A DNA stretch of 62,183 bases, counting the filler. It is 8 parts of 8 records of this genome, joined end to end, with 100 filler letters (N's around TTAATTAATTAA, not from the genome) between each part and the next. Parts side by side here need not be neighbours in the genome. Positions count along the whole stretch, not along the records: positions 31,912 to 43,947 come from SRR31147125_19052; 7 more parts are not named here. One strand, written 5' to 3'. The position numbers and the translations under genes were made by a program. Shown in pieces: positions 31,953 through 42,998 of this stretch (position 1 is its first letter; each line of letters starts with the position of its first letter). The notes under the pieces are model-generated. The model was not told the DNA's origin, ran no database searches, and was given only the letters and a program-made list of their open reading frames with translations.

Positions 31953-33202
31953 TTATTCTTCACCCGGAGGCCACAGACTCATGCCAATATCTGTACGATA
32001 ATAGCTACTGAGGCAGGAGATCTTTTTAATGTTCTCATAGGCCTTGTTGATCGCATCCTTTAAATCATATGCATGGGCAATGATATCGGCAATTCGATGG
32101 CCTGTCATGCGTAACTGATCTTTTGAGTCTTTTTCGACCTCACTCCACCAGACATCGCAATCGAAAGATCAATTTTGTTCACAATTAAATGAGGCGCAGA
32201 AATCTGAGTATAAGGATATCCCCAGCCTGCCAGGGTCAGGTTGCAGGCGTAGCGATATTCCGGACGAAAGGTTATGTCCAGATTTTCATTACGACCGACA
32301 GCTAAGAGAATGCCAATTGGATCTTTTAACATACGCCATAGAGCCGGACCTGTGGTGACTCCGGTTCTGACATTATATTCAATAACATGCCATTTACCAT
32401 CACGTTTGACAGCTGTTGCCTGCACCGGGCCGTTGAATCCTGTTTCTTTGAACCATGGTAACAGGGGTGACAAAAGATCTCTCACCAATCCATATTTATC
32501 ATCTGTATCTGCTTCCACCAAACCACCAAGAGGAGCACCGGCAACCGGGCCCATATTACCATTAAAGGCTCTCTTGTATTCCTGGTTCGTTACCATTGGA
32601 AAGATTTTTCCATTGCTGACAAAAGCGATATGCCCCACTTCCAGGCGCCCCATATACTCCTGTAAAAAGGCGCCCTCAGAATAGTCAACATCATCAAGCC
32701 AGCTTATCGTATCATCGACCGTTTCACACAGAATCGTATGAATAGGACTGGTTGGTGAACAAAGGGGATTTTTTATCACATATGGTTTTGGATTAGACTC
32801 AATAAAACTTAATGCATCGGTTTTGCTCTTCGCAACATATGTAACAGGTACAGGGATGTGAAATTGTTCACACAATTTTCTGCCAAAATCCCTGTCTCTT
32901 TCAAGCTTCATTGCGTCGCCCACAGGAGAAAGTATAGGCACATTAAGATCTTTAAATTCCTCCACCCACTCTTCCTGATGCCAATCAATAGACATCGGAA
33001 TAACGAGATCATACCCATTATCCCTGATAAGAGAACAGGGATTAGGTTCATCTTTATAAAAGAAGGTTTTTCCCTCAGCCATCGGTCCATAGTGCCCATA
33101 ATCCCGGTTAAGGTAGCAATCTACTTCAACTCCTTTTTCCTTGAGAATATTCATCGCAGAGCTCGCGAATGAACCGATTCCCAATACCAATATTTTTGAC
33201 AT
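31953..33202 (-). CDS. Divergent PurD (GAR synthetase)-like ATP-grasp ligase; frameshift near 32165-32180
   Basis: LERDRDFG, QEYKRAFNGNMGP and EYNVRTG. The alternate frame continues FDCDVWWSEV...KAYENIKKI..YYRTDIG..PPGEE to a stop at 31955-31953. Confidence 0.75.
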
Positions 33203-33532
33203 GATACCTTACAAACTCCTTTAGTAAATCAATTGTAATATGAGTTGTTACATTCCGTTTTAAGATACAAGTGATTCAACTTTACATCGTTGTCAGTATA
33301 TTGATTGATAGTCCAGGCCACACTTTTAGCATGTGAGAGATTGATTATCACCTTCCCCATTGATAAAGCAGGAACTATGAAAGGCAGGAGTCTTGATGTT
33401 GACTCGTCTATATTATACGATAAATGATGAAAGTCTGATATCTCAATATTATAAAACTAACGCGTAATTGAAGATAAAAAATAATATGTTATTATTCAAG
33501 TTTTTTAAATGTGCCCCCAAAAGTGAAAAATA

Positions 33533-33961
33533 TTATTTTGAGATCGTTTGAATAAGACTACTTGCACTGAAAAAATAATCAATTTCAATTTTTGCATTTT
33601 CCAGGGAATCCGAGCCATGCACAATATTTCGGCTCATATTTTCAGCCATATCGCGACGAATTGTGCCTTCATCGGCAACTTCTGGATTTGTGGCGCCCAT
33701 AAGTTTCCGCCACGCGACAACGGCATCCTCTTTTTCAAGTACAGCTACTACACAAGGGCCTTCTGTCATAAAAGCAATCAATTTGCTAAAAAACGGTTTA
33801 TCTTTATGTACAGCATAGAATCCTTTTGCAACGGGTTCTGTCATCTGGATCATTTTGAGCCCAATGATCTTAAATCCGTTTTGTTCAATTCTCTCAAGAA
33901 CTTTACCCACATAATTTTGTTTAATACAATCTGGTTTTAAAATTGCTAATGTCCGTTCCAT
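33533..33961 (-). CDS. ndk: Nucleoside diphosphate kinase
   Basis: Motifs ERTLAILKPD, GATNP, GTIR and NIVHGSDS. Confidence 0.96.
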   Translation of the reverse strand: MERTLAILKPDCIKQNYVGKVLERIEQNGFKIIGLKMIQMTEPVAKGFYAVHKDKPFFSKLIAFMTEGPCVVAVLEKEDAVVAWRKLMGATNPEVADEGTIRRDMAENMSRNIVHGSDSLENAKIEIDYFFSASSLIQTISK

Positions 33962-34014
33962 TCCGTTCCTTTTTTACTCTAGTTAATTCCGTTTGTGTTA
34001 TATTTGTTTCGTTA

Positions 34015-34560
34015 TTAGTTCAAATCTTTTGCGGTTTCAAGTCCAATTTGAAAGGCTTTTAAATTCAATTCTTCTGTGCCTTTTGGTACTCTCGACTCAA
34101 TAGCTGATTTCAATGCTTCGTTTGAAACGATATTTGTTATGCCTGCCATAATCCCAAGTGCAACAATATTTGCAACAAGAGTTCGACCGATATTTTCTCT
34201 TGCTAACCGAATAATAGGCACCCTAACGATACGGCAATTCCTTTCAGGAACCTGTTTGACAGCCTCCTCATCAATAATAAGAGTACCGCCTTCCTTCAAG
34301 TCAATGATATATTTATCGCACGACTCCTGTGTTAAGGCGAGAAGTAGATCAATGTTCAAGGCTTTGGGGTAATCAATATCTTCATCCGAGATAATGACTT
34401 CTGATCGGCTGGCACCTCCCCTGGCTTCAGGACCATAAGATTGGCTTTGAGTTGCATTTAAATCGTCATAAATAGCAGCAGCTTCAGCCAAAATCTTGCC
34501 GGCGAGAACCAGACCCTGACCGCCCTCACCACTTAGCCGGACCTCATACCTAAAACTCAT
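34015..34560 (-). CDS. 2-oxoacid:ferredoxin oxidoreductase gamma subunit
   Basis: Motifs SGEGGQG, SYGPEARGG and NIVALG. Confidence 0.92.
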   Translation of the reverse strand: MSFRYEVRLSGEGGQGLVLAGKILAEAAAIYDDLNATQSQSYGPEARGGASRSEVIISDEDIDYPKALNIDLLLALTQESCDKYIIDLKEGGTLIIDEEAVKQVPERNCRIVRVPIIRLARENIGRTLVANIVALGIMAGITNIVSNEALKSAIESRVPKGTEELNLKAFQIGLETAKDLN

Positions 34561-34631
34561 GATGACATTATTTCCTTATTTTACTATCTTTTATTATAAT
34601 TAATTAAATAGTGCTTGTAAATATAAAGTTC

Positions 34632-35444
34632 CTAGTCTGTTCGGACTGAATCAATCAGTTTTTGATATTCAGCACGGCATTCAGGTCTATCAATGTCTGT
34701 TAGAATACCGGTGACGATTTTATCTTCCAGTTCTTTATCAGACATTTTATTTGCTTTTGCAACAGGAACAGAATTTTCAGCCTGTTCACGCATCATTTCA
34801 GCTGGCGTTCCCATTTTATTTCGTCTTCCATATGCTGTTGGGCAATTTGCCATAACTTCCACAAGGGAAAAGCCTGTTTTTAAAATAGCCTTGTAAATAT
34901 ATCGTTCCAATTGCACCGCATTAGAGGTTGTAGCACGGGCTACAAAAGTCGCTCCGGCAGCCTGAGCCAATCCGCTGATATTAAACGTATTTTCAAAACT
35001 CCCAAAGGGCGCTGTACTGGCCTTTTTTCCCCGAGGCGTTGTTGGGGATACCTGCCCACCCGTCATGCCATAGATAAAATTATTAAAAATAATGACTGTT
35101 AAATCAATGTTTCTTCGGGCAGCATGAATAAAATGGTTTCCACCGATAGCTGTCGCATCGCCATCTCCGGTGACGACAATGACATGTAATTTCGGATTTG
35201 CCATTTTCACGCCCGTAGCAAAGGTAATGGCCCTGCCGTGGGTTGTGTGCAAGGTATTATAATCCAAATAACCTGTTAATCGACTGGAACAACCGATTCC
35301 GGACACCATGCAAACCTGGTCTTTTTGTAATCCAAATCTATGGATGGCCCGAATGAGCGACTTTAGAACGATCCCATCTCCACAGCCCGGGCACCAAATC
35401 AAAGGAAATTTTGACAAACGAATGTAAGAATTATAATCAAACAT
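34632..35444 (-). CDS. 2-oxoacid:ferredoxin oxidoreductase beta subunit
   Basis: WCPGCG, SGIGCS, HGRA, and TPP motif GDGD...NNFIYGMTGGQ. Confidence 0.93.
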   Translation of the reverse strand: MFDYNSYIRLSKFPLIWCPGCGDGIVLKSLIRAIHRFGLQKDQVCMVSGIGCSSRLTGYLDYNTLHTTHGRAITFATGVKMANPKLHVIVVTGDGDATAIGGNHFIHAARRNIDLTVIIFNNFIYGMTGGQVSPTTPRGKKASTAPFGSFENTFNISGLAQAAGATFVARATTSNAVQLERYIYKAILKTGFSLVEVMANCPTAYGRRNKMGTPAEMMREQAENSVPVAKANKMSDKELEDKIVTGILTDIDRPECRAEYQKLIDSVRTD

Positions 35445-36584
35445 TTAACACACCTTTTTGATATTCTCAAAAATTTCTACAGGATTTATCGGACTGCCAT
35501 CGATCCGATTTACCTTTGTGATTGGCACGTTCTTACACATAACCCATTCCACTTCATGAGCTATCTGGCCTAAATTTAACTCAGGGACGATCACATGTTT
35601 TAAAGCAGTTGCATACTTTTTTATTTCTTCATCGGCAAATGGCCACAGAGTTATCAATCTGAGCAAACCGGCTTTAATGCCAGCTTCCCGGGCCATTCGC
35701 ACAGCCTGCCTGGAAGAGCGTGCGGACGAGCCAAAGGCGATTATGCCAATGTCAGCATCATCCATCATATATTCTTCGACCTGAACAATATCAGCACGAT
35801 TGCGGTCAATTTTATCATGCAAACGAAATAATAGTTTGTTTATTTCAGCGGGATCATTTGTGGGAAATCCGGTCTCATCATGCGCGAGTCCTGAAACATG
35901 ATATCGATAACCTTCCCCAAAACTGACCATGGGTGGAACGCCGAAACTCGTGTGCTTGTATGGTAAATATTCTTCCGGAGGGATATCCGGTTTTTCTCTA
36001 CTGATAATTTGAATTAGTTCGTTCTCATCTATAATTACTTTTTCGTTTACATGCCCTAATATTTCATCCAAAAGAAGAATAACAGGTGTGCGATATTTTT
36101 CGGACAGATTAAATGCCTGGATAGTTTGATAATACGTTTCTCTAACACTATACGGAGCTAAAGCAATGATGGGATGATCACCATGCGTACCCCAACGGGC
36201 CTGCATCACATCACCCTGTGATGGAAGAGTAGGCAAACCAGTACTGGGACCACCGCGCATCACATTTACAATGACACAAGGCACCTCAGCCATTGTGGCA
36301 TAGCCAATATTTTCCTGCATCAATGAAAAACCAGGACCACTGGTTGCTGTCATTGATTTTACACCAGCCAGAGATGCACCAATTATAGCCCCCATAGAAG
36401 ATATTTCATCTTCCATTTGAATAAAAACCCCATCATGTTTTGGCAACTCACTGGAAAGAACTTCTGCGATTTCAGATGAAGGAGTGATGGGATAACCTGC
36501 ATAAAACCGCATACCGGCTGCCAGGGCACCTAAAGCACAGGCCTCATTGCCTGTGATAACTTTTGCTTTTGAAATCATTTCCAT
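35445..36584 (-). CDS. 2-oxoacid:ferredoxin oxidoreductase alpha subunit (KorA-like)
   Basis: Motifs GNEA, YPITPSSE, QMEDE, ATSGPG, RGGPSTGLPT and ELNLGQ. Confidence 0.93.
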   Translation of the reverse strand: MEMISKAKVITGNEACALGALAAGMRFYAGYPITPSSEIAEVLSSELPKHDGVFIQMEDEISSMGAIIGASLAGVKSMTATSGPGFSLMQENIGYATMAEVPCVIVNVMRGGPSTGLPTLPSQGDVMQARWGTHGDHPIIALAPYSVRETYYQTIQAFNLSEKYRTPVILLLDEILGHVNEKVIIDENELIQIISREKPDIPPEEYLPYKHTSFGVPPMVSFGEGYRYHVSGLAHDETGFPTNDPAEINKLLFRLHDKIDRNRADIVQVEEYMMDDADIGIIAFGSSARSSRQAVRMAREAGIKAGLLRLITLWPFADEEIKKYATALKHVIVPELNLGQIAHEVEWVMCKNVPITKVNRIDGSPINPVEIFENIKKVC

Positions 36585-36619
36585 TTTAATCTTTCATCAC
36601 TTATTCTTACAAATATCGG

Positions 36620-36847
36620 CTATGATTCATCATTTTTAGTTTTATCAAAAACAACAATAGCAAAATCCGGACAGTGTAATTCGCATATTGTGCAAATGGT
36701 ACAATTGTCAATATTTTTAACCTTTACGACACCCTCTTTCATCTCAAGAACATCATGAGGACACATATCGACACAAATTTCACATCCCTTGCACCACGCT
36801 TCATTTATTTCTATAACTGCCTTTTTCTTTGTCACTGCGCTCTCCAT
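36620..36847 (-). CDS. 2[4Fe-4S] ferredoxin (oxidoreductase delta subunit)
   Basis: CKGCEICVDMCP and CTICTICELHCPDFAI. Confidence 0.9.
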   Translation of the reverse strand: MESAVTKKKAVIEINEAWCKGCEICVDMCPHDVLEMKEGVVKVKNIDNCTICTICELHCPDFAIVVFDKTKNDES

Positions 36848-36886
36848 AAAATCGTTATATCTGGTCTTGTATAACAAAAAATGCTG

Positions 36887-37858
36887 TTATTTTGATACAT
36901 CCGGCACAATCTCAGTTCCTGTATTTCCTGCGATTGCCTCGGACATTTTATCGACGGATGTAATGATCGCTCTCTTACCTCCATTTTCCACAAAAGTAAT
37001 GGCAGCCTCAATTTTGGGTCCCATGCTACCTTTGGGGAAATGACCTTCATCCAGATATTTTTTCGCCTCATTTGTCGTCAGCACATCCAGAAAATGTTGA
37101 TTTGGTTTACCAAAATTCAAAGCCACTTTCGGGACTGCTGTTAAAATATAGAGTTCATCAGCCTCAATTTCGGCAGCCAACACAGCTGAAGCCCTATCTT
37201 TATCAATAACACCATCAACGCCTTCAAAACGGCCATCATTTTCTATATAAACCGGTATTCCGCCTCCTCCTGTGGTGATAACAACGGTACCGTCATGAAC
37301 AAGTTTTTTTATGGTATTGGCCTCAATGATTCTTAATGGAATGGGAGAGGGTACCACTCTTCGGTATCCTCTCCCGGAATCTTCCTTTATAATGTATCCA
37401 CGGGTTCGCTGCAAAATTTCGATTTCATCTTGCTCGTAAAAAGGTCCAACAAATTTTGTCGGATCCAGGATGGATGGATCGTACTTGTCAACGATGACCT
37501 GTGCCAAAATAGTAACCACATCGCGATCAATATGGCGCGTTAGTAATTTATTTTGCAGTGTTTGTTCTATCATATACCCCATTCCACCACTCAAATCAGC
37601 AACAAGAACTCCCAGTGGTATGGGTGGAACGAGATGTCTGGTTTCTTCCACTCTTATTAACGCATTTCCAACCTGTGGACCGTTTCCATGAGTCAATGCG
37701 ATCTTGTAACCACGCTCTATCAGATCTGCAACACCAACCAGAGCCTGGCGTGTGTTGGCAAATTGCTGATAAATATCACCCTCTTCAAATTCACGGGTGA
37801 TGGCATTTCCTCCAAGAGCAACAACAGCAACATTATTTAATAATTTTTGGCGCTTCAT
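36887..37858 (-). CDS. arcC: Carbamate kinase
   Basis: Motifs VALGGNA, THGNGPQVG, YRRVVPSP, GGGGIPV, VIDKD and GSMGPK. Confidence 0.95.
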   Translation of the reverse strand: MKRQKLLNNVAVVALGGNAITREFEEGDIYQQFANTRQALVGVADLIERGYKIALTHGNGPQVGNALIRVEETRHLVPPIPLGVLVADLSGGMGYMIEQTLQNKLLTRHIDRDVVTILAQVIVDKYDPSILDPTKFVGPFYEQDEIEILQRTRGYIIKEDSGRGYRRVVPSPIPLRIIEANTIKKLVHDGTVVITTGGGGIPVYIENDGRFEGVDGVIDKDRASAVLAAEIEADELYILTAVPKVALNFGKPNQHFLDVLTTNEAKKYLDEGHFPKGSMGPKIEAAITFVENGGKRAIITSVDKMSEAIAGNTGTEIVPDVSK

Positions 37859-37919
37859 GGATATTCTAATTTTTAAATTTACAAATAATGATTAATTAAA
37901 ACAATCAATTAGATATAAA

Positions 37920-39230
37920 TTATATATTTTCTAACGCATTTTCAAGTGTTGGAGATCCAATTTCCTGCAAGTCATAAAAGACCCGAACAGATGGTTTGTT
38001 GATATTGATAATACGGCGTAAATCAATAGGTGTTCCAATAATTACGGCATCGCAGTCTGTTGCATTAATTGTTGCTTCCAGGTCTTTCATCTGCTCCTCT
38101 CCATAACCCATGGCAGGTAATAGTGTACCGATCTCAGGATACTTTTCAAATGTCCCGACCAGGGATCCTTTTAAAAAAGGACGGGGATCGATAATATCGG
38201 CTGCACCATATTTTTCAGCAGCGACAATACCGGCACCATATTTCATTTCACCATGTGTTAATGTAGGTCCATCTTCAATGACTAAAACCCTCTTACCTGT
38301 GATAACGGAGGTATCTTCAACAGAGATCGGCGAAGCGGCATCAATTATTTTCGCGTTTGGATTGACTGCACGAATGTTTTCACGCACATATTCAATATCC
38401 TCAATATCTGCCTGGACCTCTTTATTTATGATAACATAGTCCGCCATTCTCAAGTTGGCTTCACCAGGATAATAGGATAATTCATGCCCCGGACGAAGCG
38501 GATCCACGATAACGATATGGACATCAGGTTTATAAAAAGGTAAATCATTATTACCTCCATCCCACAAGATGACATCCGCTTCTTTTTCAGCCTGTTCCAG
38601 AATAGCCCCATAATCTACACCAGCATAAATAACAAAACCGCGTTCGATATGAGGTTCATATTCTTCCATCTCTTCGATCGTGCAATCATGTTTTTTCAAA
38701 TCATCTATGGTTTCAAATCGTTGTACTTTTTGTGCGACCAAATCACCATATGGCATAGGATGTCGAATCGCAACCGTCTTTTTCCCTTTAGCCTTTAATA
38801 ATTCAGCAATTCTTCTTGTGGTTTGGCTTTTGCCACTTCCAGTCCTTACAGCGCAAACCGCGACCACAGGTACTTTGGATTTAATCATGGTCTGTTTTGT
38901 TCCCAATAACGAAAACGTTGCGCCCAGGGCGTTAACAAGCGAGCTTTTATTCATAACATATTCGTGAGAAACATCGCTATATGAAAAAAAGACTTCATCT
39001 ATATTATATTTTTTTACCAGCTCCGGTAAGGAGGATTCCGGCTCAATGGGTATTCCATTAGGATATAAGGAACCGGCAAGCGCGGCCGGGTACTTTCTAC
39101 CCTCAATATTAGGAATTTGAGTTGCGGTAAAGGCCACAATATTATACGATTCATTATCTTTAAAAAAAGTATTAAAATTATGGAAATCTCTTCCAGCTGC
39201 GCCCATAATGATTACATTTCTTGGTTCCAT
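37920..39230 (-). CDS. arcE: Arginine synthetase ArcE-like P-loop ATPase (COG2403; often annotated as cyclic 2,3-diphosphoglycerate synthase or GTPase)
   Basis: IIMGAAGRDFHNFN, TATQIP, P-loop AVRTGSGKSQT, RHPMPYG, TIEEMEEYEPH, WDGGNND and EDGPTLTHG. Directly upstream of carbamate kinase. Confidence 0.75.
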   Translation of the reverse strand: MEPRNVIIMGAAGRDFHNFNTFFKDNESYNIVAFTATQIPNIEGRKYPAALAGSLYPNGIPIEPESSLPELVKKYNIDEVFFSYSDVSHEYVMNKSSLVNALGATFSLLGTKQTMIKSKVPVVAVCAVRTGSGKSQTTRRIAELLKAKGKKTVAIRHPMPYGDLVAQKVQRFETIDDLKKHDCTIEEMEEYEPHIERGFVIYAGVDYGAILEQAEKEADVILWDGGNNDLPFYKPDVHIVIVDPLRPGHELSYYPGEANLRMADYVIINKEVQADIEDIEYVRENIRAVNPNAKIIDAASPISVEDTSVITGKRVLVIEDGPTLTHGEMKYGAGIVAAEKYGAADIIDPRPFLKGSLVGTFEKYPEIGTLLPAMGYGEEQMKDLEATINATDCDAVIIGTPIDLRRIININKPSVRVFYDLQEIGSPTLENALENI

Positions 39231-39310
39231 AAGAACTCCTCTCTTTTATTATGTGAGCTGCGACTATAGTAGTTTAGTTATATATTCTAATTTAGTCAGT
39301 TTCTTATTTC

Positions 39311-40297
39311 TTACTTTTCCAAAGAATTTTGATATTTTGATAGACATGTTACCATGTCTTGTATAGTTGATTTAGTAAATAAATCCGTGCGAAGTTCCGT
39401 TGCTTTTGGCATACCTTTAATATAAAAGCATATATGCTTTCTCATGAGAGTAACGGCTTTACGCGCGCCATAAAAATCAGCTGCTGACAGTATATGCTCA
39501 ATACAGAGATCGAGGCGTTCATGAAAAGTCGGTTTTTCCAGCACATCCCCACCTTCCAGATAAGCGGCAATGTGCTTAAAAATCCATGGATTTCCGCGGG
39601 CACTGCGACCAATCATAAGATAATTGCATCCTGTTACCTTTAACAATATGGCGGCATCAAAAACATTATTCACGTCACCATTGGCAATAACCGGAATATT
39701 TACAGCTGCTTTTGCTTCAGCAATGGCACTCCAGTCTGCTTTTCCCCGAAATTGCATCTCCTGAGTACGGCCGTGCAGTGTTATTGCGTCAATTCCGGCC
39801 TCTTCCAGCACCGCACACAATTCGGCAGCAATTTGTTTTTGCCACCCGGTTCGTATTTTAGCTGTAACAGGAACAGTTACCGCATCTTTAACCGCACGGG
39901 TAATATCAGCCAGAGATGCGATATCACACAAAAGAGCGGCTCCGCTTCCCCGACGAACAATTTTTTTTACCGGACAAGAAAAATTCAAATCAATAAAATC
40001 CGGTTCCAGTTTTTCCACATAGGTTGCAGCCTTTGCCAGGGTATGCCTGTCAGAGCCATACAATTGAATACCTATGGGTCTTGCATCAGCCTGAATATCA
40101 ACAATTTTTTGTGATTTCAAGCCATGTCTGATAATACCTTCGGCACTGGCCATTTCAGTGACACTTGCCGCAGCGCCAAAACGGTGGCATATTTTTCGAA
40201 AAACCTGATCAGTCCATCCGGCAAGAGGTGCCAAAAAGACAGGGTTTTTTATTTCAGCGTTTAGAAATTTCACGGTGCAAATATATTTGGTTTCCAA
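39311..40297 (-). CDS. dusB: tRNA-dihydrouridine synthase B
   Basis: Motifs LAPLAG, DLNFSCP, GSGAALL, KIRTG, LHGRT, ANGDV and GNPWIF. Confidence 0.88.
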   Translation of the reverse strand: METKYICTVKFLNAEIKNPVFLAPLAGWTDQVFRKICHRFGAAASVTEMASAEGIIRHGLKSQKIVDIQADARPIGIQLYGSDRHTLAKAATYVEKLEPDFIDLNFSCPVKKIVRRGSGAALLCDIASLADITRAVKDAVTVPVTAKIRTGWQKQIAAELCAVLEEAGIDAITLHGRTQEMQFRGKADWSAIAEAKAAVNIPVIANGDVNNVFDAAILLKVTGCNYLMIGRSARGNPWIFKHIAAYLEGGDVLEKPTFHERLDLCIEHILSAADFYGARKAVTLMRKHICFYIKGMPKATELRTDLFTKSTIQDMVTCLSKYQNSLEK

Positions 40298-40445
40298 TTA
40301 GAAAGCAAGGATATCTTACAACACGAATCCATTAATTATTTAGGAAATAGGGCGCTATTTTTAAATTTATTAAGATAGTTTTATTCAAACAAGATAGTTT
40401 CGACATAAAGTCGGAAAATGCTATAAAAATAAACTTTAGTCCAAT

Positions 40446-40475
40446 AAAAAAAGGACGCCCTTTAAAAGAGCGTCC
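40446..40475 (-). terminator. Intrinsic terminator after the rhodanese gene
   Basis: Minus strand GGACGCTCTTT-t-AAAGGGCGTCC followed by T7. Confidence 0.7.
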
Positions 40476-40518
40476 CGGATTTATTGATCTGGTAAAAAAT
40501 ATTCCAAAAAACATGTTC

Positions 40519-40980
40519 CTATTTTGTTTGAACCTCGGTTTCTTTAACGAATCCATCTTTATCAGGTGGATCCACAAATAGAGAATTCCACTTTCTCATT
40601 CCTCCGAGCATATTTTTTACATTTTTGAATCCATTATCTAAAAGTATACTTCTGCCAGTAACACTTCGGTTTCCACTACGGCAATAGACAATGATTTCTT
40701 TTTCTTTGAATTTATTCAATTCTTTAACGCGGTCCTTTAATTTCTGAACAGGTATGAGTAACGCGCCATCAAGATGGCCCAGTTCTCCCTCATATTCTTT
40801 TTTTGTTCGGACATCCAGCAGGATGATATCAGATTTGGTTTCCATCTTTTTTTTGACTTCTGCTGGTTCGATGTCCACCAGAACAACTTTATGATAATTA
40901 CAACGAGTTACTATTCCGGATATCATAAATACCGTTGCTAATATTATAAACTTTTTCACCTTATCACTCAGCATCCTCAA
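40519..40980 (-). CDS. Exported rhodanese-like domain protein
   Basis: N-terminal hydrophobic segment with possible lipoprotein Cys; LLDVR, YCRSGNRS and NMLGGM. Confidence 0.85.
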   Translation of the reverse strand: MRMLSDKVKKFIILATVFMISGIVTRCNYHKVVLVDIEPAEVKKKMETKSDIILLDVRTKKEYEGELGHLDGALLIPVQKLKDRVKELNKFKEKEIIVYCRSGNRSVTGRSILLDNGFKNVKNMLGGMRKWNSLFVDPPDKDGFVKETEVQTK

Positions 40981-42957
40981 GATGTTCCAGTACTACCTGC
41001 GAAATATCAAAAACCTTAATAGAATCGTCCATTCCTTTTTCTTTTACACCATCGTCCAGCATGGTCATACAAAAGGGACAAGCAACACAGAGCATCTCAG
41101 CGCCAGACTCTTTTGCTTCTTCAACTCTCAGATGGTTAATTCGGGTACCAATAGTTTCTTCCATAAACATTCTGGTACCGCCTCCTCCACAACAAAAGCT
41201 TTTATCTTTTGAGCGGGGTAATTCTACCAGGTTTCCATTGCTCATGGATTTAATAACCTCTCTAGGGGCGTCATAAATGTTATTGTATCGTCCTAAATAG
41301 CAGGAATCATGATAAGCAATTTTGTCTTTTCCATTGCTGTTTAATTTTATTTTACCTTGTTTTATCAGATCTGCCAACAATTCAGTGTGATGAATAACCT
41401 CAAAGTCACCATCTAATTGAGAATATTCATTTTTGATAATCTGGTATCCATGCGGGCAGGTTGTTAAAATCTTTTTAAACTTGTATTGTTTAAAAGTTTG
41501 AATGTTTTCTTCTGCCATCATCTGAAATAGATACTCATTCCCTGCTCTGCGTGCGGGATCACCACAGCATTTTTCCTCCAGACCGAGAATACCATAGCTA
41601 ACGCCGGCCTGATTGAGAATTTTGGCCATGGCCACAGATACTTTTTTGGCATGGTCATCAAAAGCACCAGAACAACCTACATACCATAAATAATCCACTT
41701 CCGGATTATCCGCCATAAGAGGTACATCCAAATCCTGTGCCCAATCAGCACGGGTATCGTGACCCAGATTCCATGGATTTGAATTTGTTTCAAGGCCTCT
41801 GAATGTAGCATTCAATTCCTGCGGAAATTTGTTTTCCATCATCATCTGGGAACGTCGCAGTTCAAGAATCACAGGAATGTGCTCATTGCCCACCGGACAG
41901 GTTTCCATGCACGCACCACAGGTTGTGCAGGCCCAAATTTCATCCGGCGTCTGCCATTTGTCCATTATTGGTTCACTCACTTCTTTTCCTGACAATAGAT
42001 TGTCTTTCTCATTCATGACATGTTTTCGCAGACTCATCATAACAACCTTTGGTGAAAGCGGTTTGTCACTCTGATAAGCCGGACACTGATCCTGGCATCG
42101 TCCACAGTCAACACAGGAAAAAAGTTCAGCATATGATTCCATTGATAGTCTGTCACATTTGTGACACCGAATTCTTCTGAAGCTTCAAAATCAATTTTCT
42201 CCAAAGTACCAATGGGTTTTCTCGATCTGAAAAACATATTAACAGGTCCCGCAATCAAATGCAGATGTTTTGAATGGGGTATAAATACCAAAAATGCGGG
42301 AACCATCAAAATATGAGCCCACCAAAAAACCAAATTCATTCCGTTCAAGGCGGAAGCAGATGTATTAGTTAACAATGCTGCTGTCAGAGTGGAAAATGGC
42401 ATCCATCTGGCAAAAGGGGCCCCATGTAATACAATCTCAGCGCCCTGATTTAGCAAATACGTAACCATGAGGCCAAAAATCAGAGACAAGACCACGGCAC
42501 TTTGGGGAGATTTGGAAAGTGGCATTGGTTTGGTTATACTGTCTGGCTTTTTAATATAACGTCGAATGGCCAGGGCGATGCTACCCAGGATCGTCAAAAT
42601 GGCTACAATATCCACTGCCAAAAACCAGATATCATTAAACAGATTGCTGCCAAAAAGTGAGAATCCTTTTTTAAAAGCACCGCCAACATGGTTGATGGTT
42701 GCAACAGTAAAGAACACAAAACCATAAAATACAAACGCATGCATCAATCCAACAAATGGTTTATCCTTTATGGAACACAGTTGGCTGCCAACTTTGGCAA
42801 TAACATATGCCAGGCGTTCACCAGGCTTATCCATTCTCTTTTCATCTTTTTTGCCTAATTTTAATAGACGGACTCTTATCCAAATTTCTTTAGCAAAAAA
42901 CACTACAGATGCTAAAATAACCAGTAAAAGAATTACCTGGCCTAATGGATTTAACAT
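40964..42957 (-). CDS. Membrane-bound Fe-S oxidoreductase (FadF/DUF224, ETF:quinone oxidoreductase type), split by a frameshift at 42118-42123
   Basis: N-terminal TM domain with His ligands (MHAFVFYG, WAHIL, SKHLH), two CxxCxxCxxxCP motifs and two CCG domains. One extra T joins MLNFF to SCVDCGRC. Confidence 0.85.
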
Positions 42958-42998
42958 ATTTCCACTCCTCTGGCTGTAAATAACATGAAGGTGCTGTT

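Noticed and set aside
33205-33420. TCGTATAAT upstream of the PurD-like gene, resembling the start of a purine riboswitch; ZTP riboswitch also considered
   Set aside because: The ATATGG loop and GTTTCTAC junction are absent, as are the ZTP core motifs. It is more simply a -10 box.
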